This document shows, in pieces, positions 60,530 through 64,000 of a stretch of 64,000 nt of DNA (positions are counted from its first letter, which is position 1; every line of letters starts with the position of its first letter). A model generated the notes under the pieces. That model searched no databases. It was not told the DNA's origin and saw nothing but the letters and a program-made list of their open reading frames with translations. The DNA lies in NCBI GenBank assembly GCA_024137785.1, contig JAHRHZ010000022.1, positions 23,699,434 to 23,763,433 of the forward strand, written 5' to 3'. A program made the translations under genes and the position numbers. The DNA comes from Ginglymostoma cirratum. Taxonomy: Eukaryota.

Positions 60530-61008
60530 TACAAGAATACCTGGGGATGAACGGCTTGTTATACAAGGAGCAGTTGAGGACTCTGGGACTGTAGTTGATG
60601 CAGTTTAGAACAATGAGCAGGAATCCTATTGAAACTTGCAGAATACCGAGAGGCCTGGATAGAGAGGATGTAGGGAAGATACTTCCACCAATAGGAGAGA
60701 CTAGGACATGAGGGCACAGCCTCTCATTGAAGGGACAAACCTTTAGAACTGAGATGAGGAGGAATTTCTTCAGCCAGAGGGTGGTAAATCTGTGGAACTC
60801 ATTTTGTCACAGAAGGCTGTGGAGGCCAAGTCATTGAATGCATTTAAGACAAAGATCCATACGTTCTTTATTAATAAGTTGATGAAAGGCTAGGGGGAGA
60901 AGGCAAAAGAATAGGGTTGAGAAATACATCAGCCATGATCGAACAGTGGAGCAGATGTGATGTACTGAATGGCCCAATTCTGCTTTTATATTTTGTGCTC
61001 TTATGATC
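60530..61008 (+). mobile_element. CR1 3' fragment (different subfamily)
   Basis: FRTEMRRNFFSQRVVNLWNS; tail cttatgatctcatg. Confidence 0.85.
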
Positions 61009-61779
61009 TCATGCTTACTTTACCAAGAAAGCCTTTGTTCATACAGTAGCCTATCTTACTTGACCTGACTGTGAACTGCTGAGAACCATGACAAGTTTTC
61101 TGGTTTTGTGGTCAGGACTAAATGACAAGGCAAGACAGCAGTAATATGAGCAAGGTACCTCTGGCTGAGGGGGTAAAACACACAAAGGTGAGGTAATTCA
61201 AGGCAGGGTGCGATGATAGTTGCCAGTGCAGCATTGAAGTGCAGAAGCGTTCTGTAGTGGACTGGAGATGTGCCACAAGGGTTTATAGAGTCTGGACATG
61301 TTGGATGCCAATGTCAGTGGATGTTGGTTGTATGTGTCCGGAGCCTAGGGACCATGACATGAGATGTTAGTGCCCAGTATCCAACATGAAGTTCATTTTG
61401 GAGCAAATGGTGAGCTGAAATCGCCAGGTACCTGTTCCAACTTCCATGTTGAGATTTCTCGATATTGAGCTTGTTTAGCTTGCTTGGGAAAATAGGAGAC
61501 AGAGTATTCATGAAATGAGTTACAGTGTTAATAAGGTATTTAACAAGCTATAATCCTGCTTAATTGTTGACTTCTTGCGACGTAATAAGAAACTTGCTTT
61601 GCTACCAGGCAAAAGCATAAAAGATGCAGGAAAACAATCCCAACATTGAGATCTTCCTCACCAGATATCTTGTCCGACGCTGCCTCAAATTTTTCAGTAG
61701 CCCACATCCCTCATGCAGCTCTAAAATTGCACCCTAAGTTTCAGTGTCAGCGCTGTGGAGCAAAAAAGGCTCACAGACA

Positions 61780-62310
61780 AAGACACTAATCAGCTAAGAC
61801 AAAAGTGTATTCCAACTGGAACAAAATAGGTCACTTTCAAAAGATGTGCAAATGTCAAAAACCGTTCTCGAACAACAGCAGTACTTGTAGCTACACACAT
61901 AAAGAACTCTATACAGTAGAACACCTACCTCCATAAGAAGAGTTACCTGCATTTGAAGATACCTCTACTAATGGAAATTTATCAAAGATAGTCCTAGGGG
62001 AAATTGGAAAGCCATCTGAACTGGACAAAACCCTTAGTAATGTTAACGGACATCTTATTCAATTTATGTCTGACACAGGGACAAGTGTCACTGCCCTGTC
62101 CTACCAAATATCTTCGCCAAATCTCATGAAGCTGCAGCCAACTAATCCAGGCATATATAATGCAGGTGGAAGACCCCTAAAATCATTCTAACACAAAATA
62201 TACCAGATGTTTGAGAATGTGTATTTCGCCCAGAACCAACTAATCTTACTCTTGAATAAGGATGCATGTATGGCCCTCAATATCCTATATTTCATTGATA
62301 CAGTTCAACC
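61780..62310 (+). pseudogene. Gypsy gag zinc knuckle and aspartic protease remnant
   Basis: YSNWNKIGHFQKMC (decayed CX2CX4HX4C) at 61808-61849; VNGHLIQFMSDTGTSVTAL at 62042-62098. Confidence 0.75.
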
Positions 62311-63109
62311 ACTTCATTGGAAAACTACCATTGACTGAACTAGGGAAGCACAACATGTAGAAGACTTTATAGATTTTCTGAGACTTACAGCTGCACCTAA
62401 GTGATTTCCACTGTTTGAAAATTCTTCTTATGTAGGAAGCCGAGATTTATTTCCCACTGCCAGCAATGGAGGAAGGCACAGATTTCACTGGGCTATAGGG
62501 AATGTTTTCAATCCCCCATACGACTGAAGAATAGGATAACTATCAGCAAGACCTGAGACGACAACTAACTACCGCTGTTAAATTAAGCAAAGTAGTTCAC
62601 CTGAGATCAGTAGTGACAGCACAGCAGTCTGCCACACTTTAGTGTGATGCAAAAGAGTACACACCACTGATGACATTGCTGCAAAAGAGATTTATTACAT
62701 TAGGCAAGAGAATATACAACAAAATGGAAGACATCCACTATATCCAACTTTCTTACGTAGTACAAAGGATGAAAGTACGACACTCACAAAGATACTCCAG
62801 GTAAGGTAATGGGCTAACATCAATGTTGGTAAAGATTAGTGACATCTGCACAGGACATCCAGGACATGAAGCACCTTCCATCAGTGAAATGACATAACCA
62901 TCAGAATCAAAGTCAATCATCATCAAGCCAAAGACCTACTAATCTTCCGGGTTCAAAACAAACGTGTTCTAGAAAAATCGTGAAACCTCCAGACTCCTTG
63001 AATTTTGATGTCAGAGACTTAGAAAGAAAAGGGATAGTGCTAAATGCAATATTGTTAAATATATGATTGGATAATGGGTGAACTGAAGGGATTAGCATTG
63101 AGGGGGAGA

Positions 63110-63489
63110 TGTTGTAAAAGGTTATGGTTCTAAAAACGTTGATGTTAGAGTGGAACTGAAATCAGCTCAATTTAGTCATGTCACACCATCTCTGGGTAGA
63201 AAGCAGTTAATTGGGCTCTGACAGATTCTCCTGGTGGTGGGACATGTTTTCTTTATCTTTTGTTAATAACATTAAGCAGCTGGAGAGTTAAGGGATCCTG
63301 TATATGGTTAACTATACTTTGCTGTGAAAGGCAAGAACCCCTTCTGCTGAGACTGGTTCCTGGTCCATCTTCCATCACAGACTCCTGATCAGCCCCTTAG
63401 ACTTGCACAGTAAGGGCAATTGGCAGGATACTCTGTTCCAACAATCAACCACCGCTGGTGGTTCCCTGACATCATGTTGTATTACAACA
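63110..63489 (+). repeat. 3' LTR
   Basis: Preceded by gagggggaga; tgttgtaaaaggttatggttctaaaaacgttgatgtt...aaaggcaagaaccccttctgctgagac...tattacaaca. Confidence 0.8.
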
Positions 63490-63559
63490 CCAAAAGAATT
63501 CAGAGGAACATTATCAGACAAACATTGCTGTTTCTCCACACATCTGGGCAAATGACCAG

Positions 63560-63838
63560 AAAGGTTGTCTAAGATTACAAAGGGATCCTGATCAACTGGG
63601 CCCATGGGCCAAGAGTGGAAAATGGAGTTTAATTTATTTAAATGCAAGGTGTTGCACTTTGGTAAAGCGAACAAGGACAGGATTTATACAGTTAATGGTA
63701 GGGCTCTGAGGAGTTTTGTAGAATAAAGAAAGGGGTTCAGTTACATGGATCTTTGAAAGTTGGGTCACAGGTAGATAGGGTGGTTAAGAAGGCGTTCAGC
63801 ATGCATGCCTTCATTGTTCAGACCTTCAAGTACAGGAG
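63560..63838 (+). mobile_element. CR1 ORF2 fragment
   Basis: EWKMEFNLFKCKVLHFGK...KVGSQVDRVVKKAF. Confidence 0.8.
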
Positions 63839-64000
63839 ACAGAGAAAACTTAGGCTATGGAAGGATTTGAAGACAACAAGGGGAATTTTTAAATTGTGTC
63901 ATTGCTTGTCCAGGTGCCTCTGTAGGAAAGTGCCAATCCATTGAATCTATTCAAGAGGTGACCAGATATAGTACTTGGGGCGAATGGGATCAAAAGTTTA

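Larger units (their letters stand above)
53002..63489 (+). mobile_element. Ancient Ty3/Gypsy provirus with both LTRs, deleted pol and nested insertions
   Basis: Homologous LTRs at 53002-53463 and 63110-63489 (tgttgta...ttacaaca); TSD ccaag/ccaaa; purine tract 63100-63109; gag, zinc-knuckle and protease motifs inside. Confidence 0.8.

Noticed and set aside
1-64000. CRISPR array, operon or other prokaryotic-type system
   Set aside because: No regularly spaced repeat-spacer units and no gene-dense organisation; the recurring short repeats are dispersed retroelement ends.

Overview
Vertebrate, repeat-dominated DNA, very likely from an elasmobranch (shark/ray): it carries an HE1-type V-SINE, Deu-domain SINEs and many CR1/HER1-type LINEs. 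No complete host gene is recognisable and it reads like a long intron or intergenic tract. Most long ORFs in the supplied track are retroelement remnants or antisense shadows. Contents: about 15 CR1 pieces, including a 3.6-kb copy with an SGNH-esterase ORF1 and an APE-RT ORF2; L2 and Rex1-like LINE pieces; several SINE families; three or four degenerate Ty3/Gypsy remnants, including a 10.5-kb two-LTR provirus (53002-63489) with nested insertions; and about 18 copies of Penelope-like (Neptune-type GIY-YIG) elements. The Penelope-derived copies are the most interesting system. They carry a minimal type I hammerhead ribozyme, several are fold-back (inverted-arm) insertions with 13-15 bp target-site duplications, they end at one of two TATCTC sites 33 nt apart, and their truncation or inversion points cluster at the ribozyme. 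Candidate unique features are a 51-nt minus-strand exon (23176-23226), an enhancer-like tract and a 14-bp hairpin. All calls come from reading the sequence by eye; no searches were run, family names are from recalled motifs, and boundaries of old repeats are approximate.
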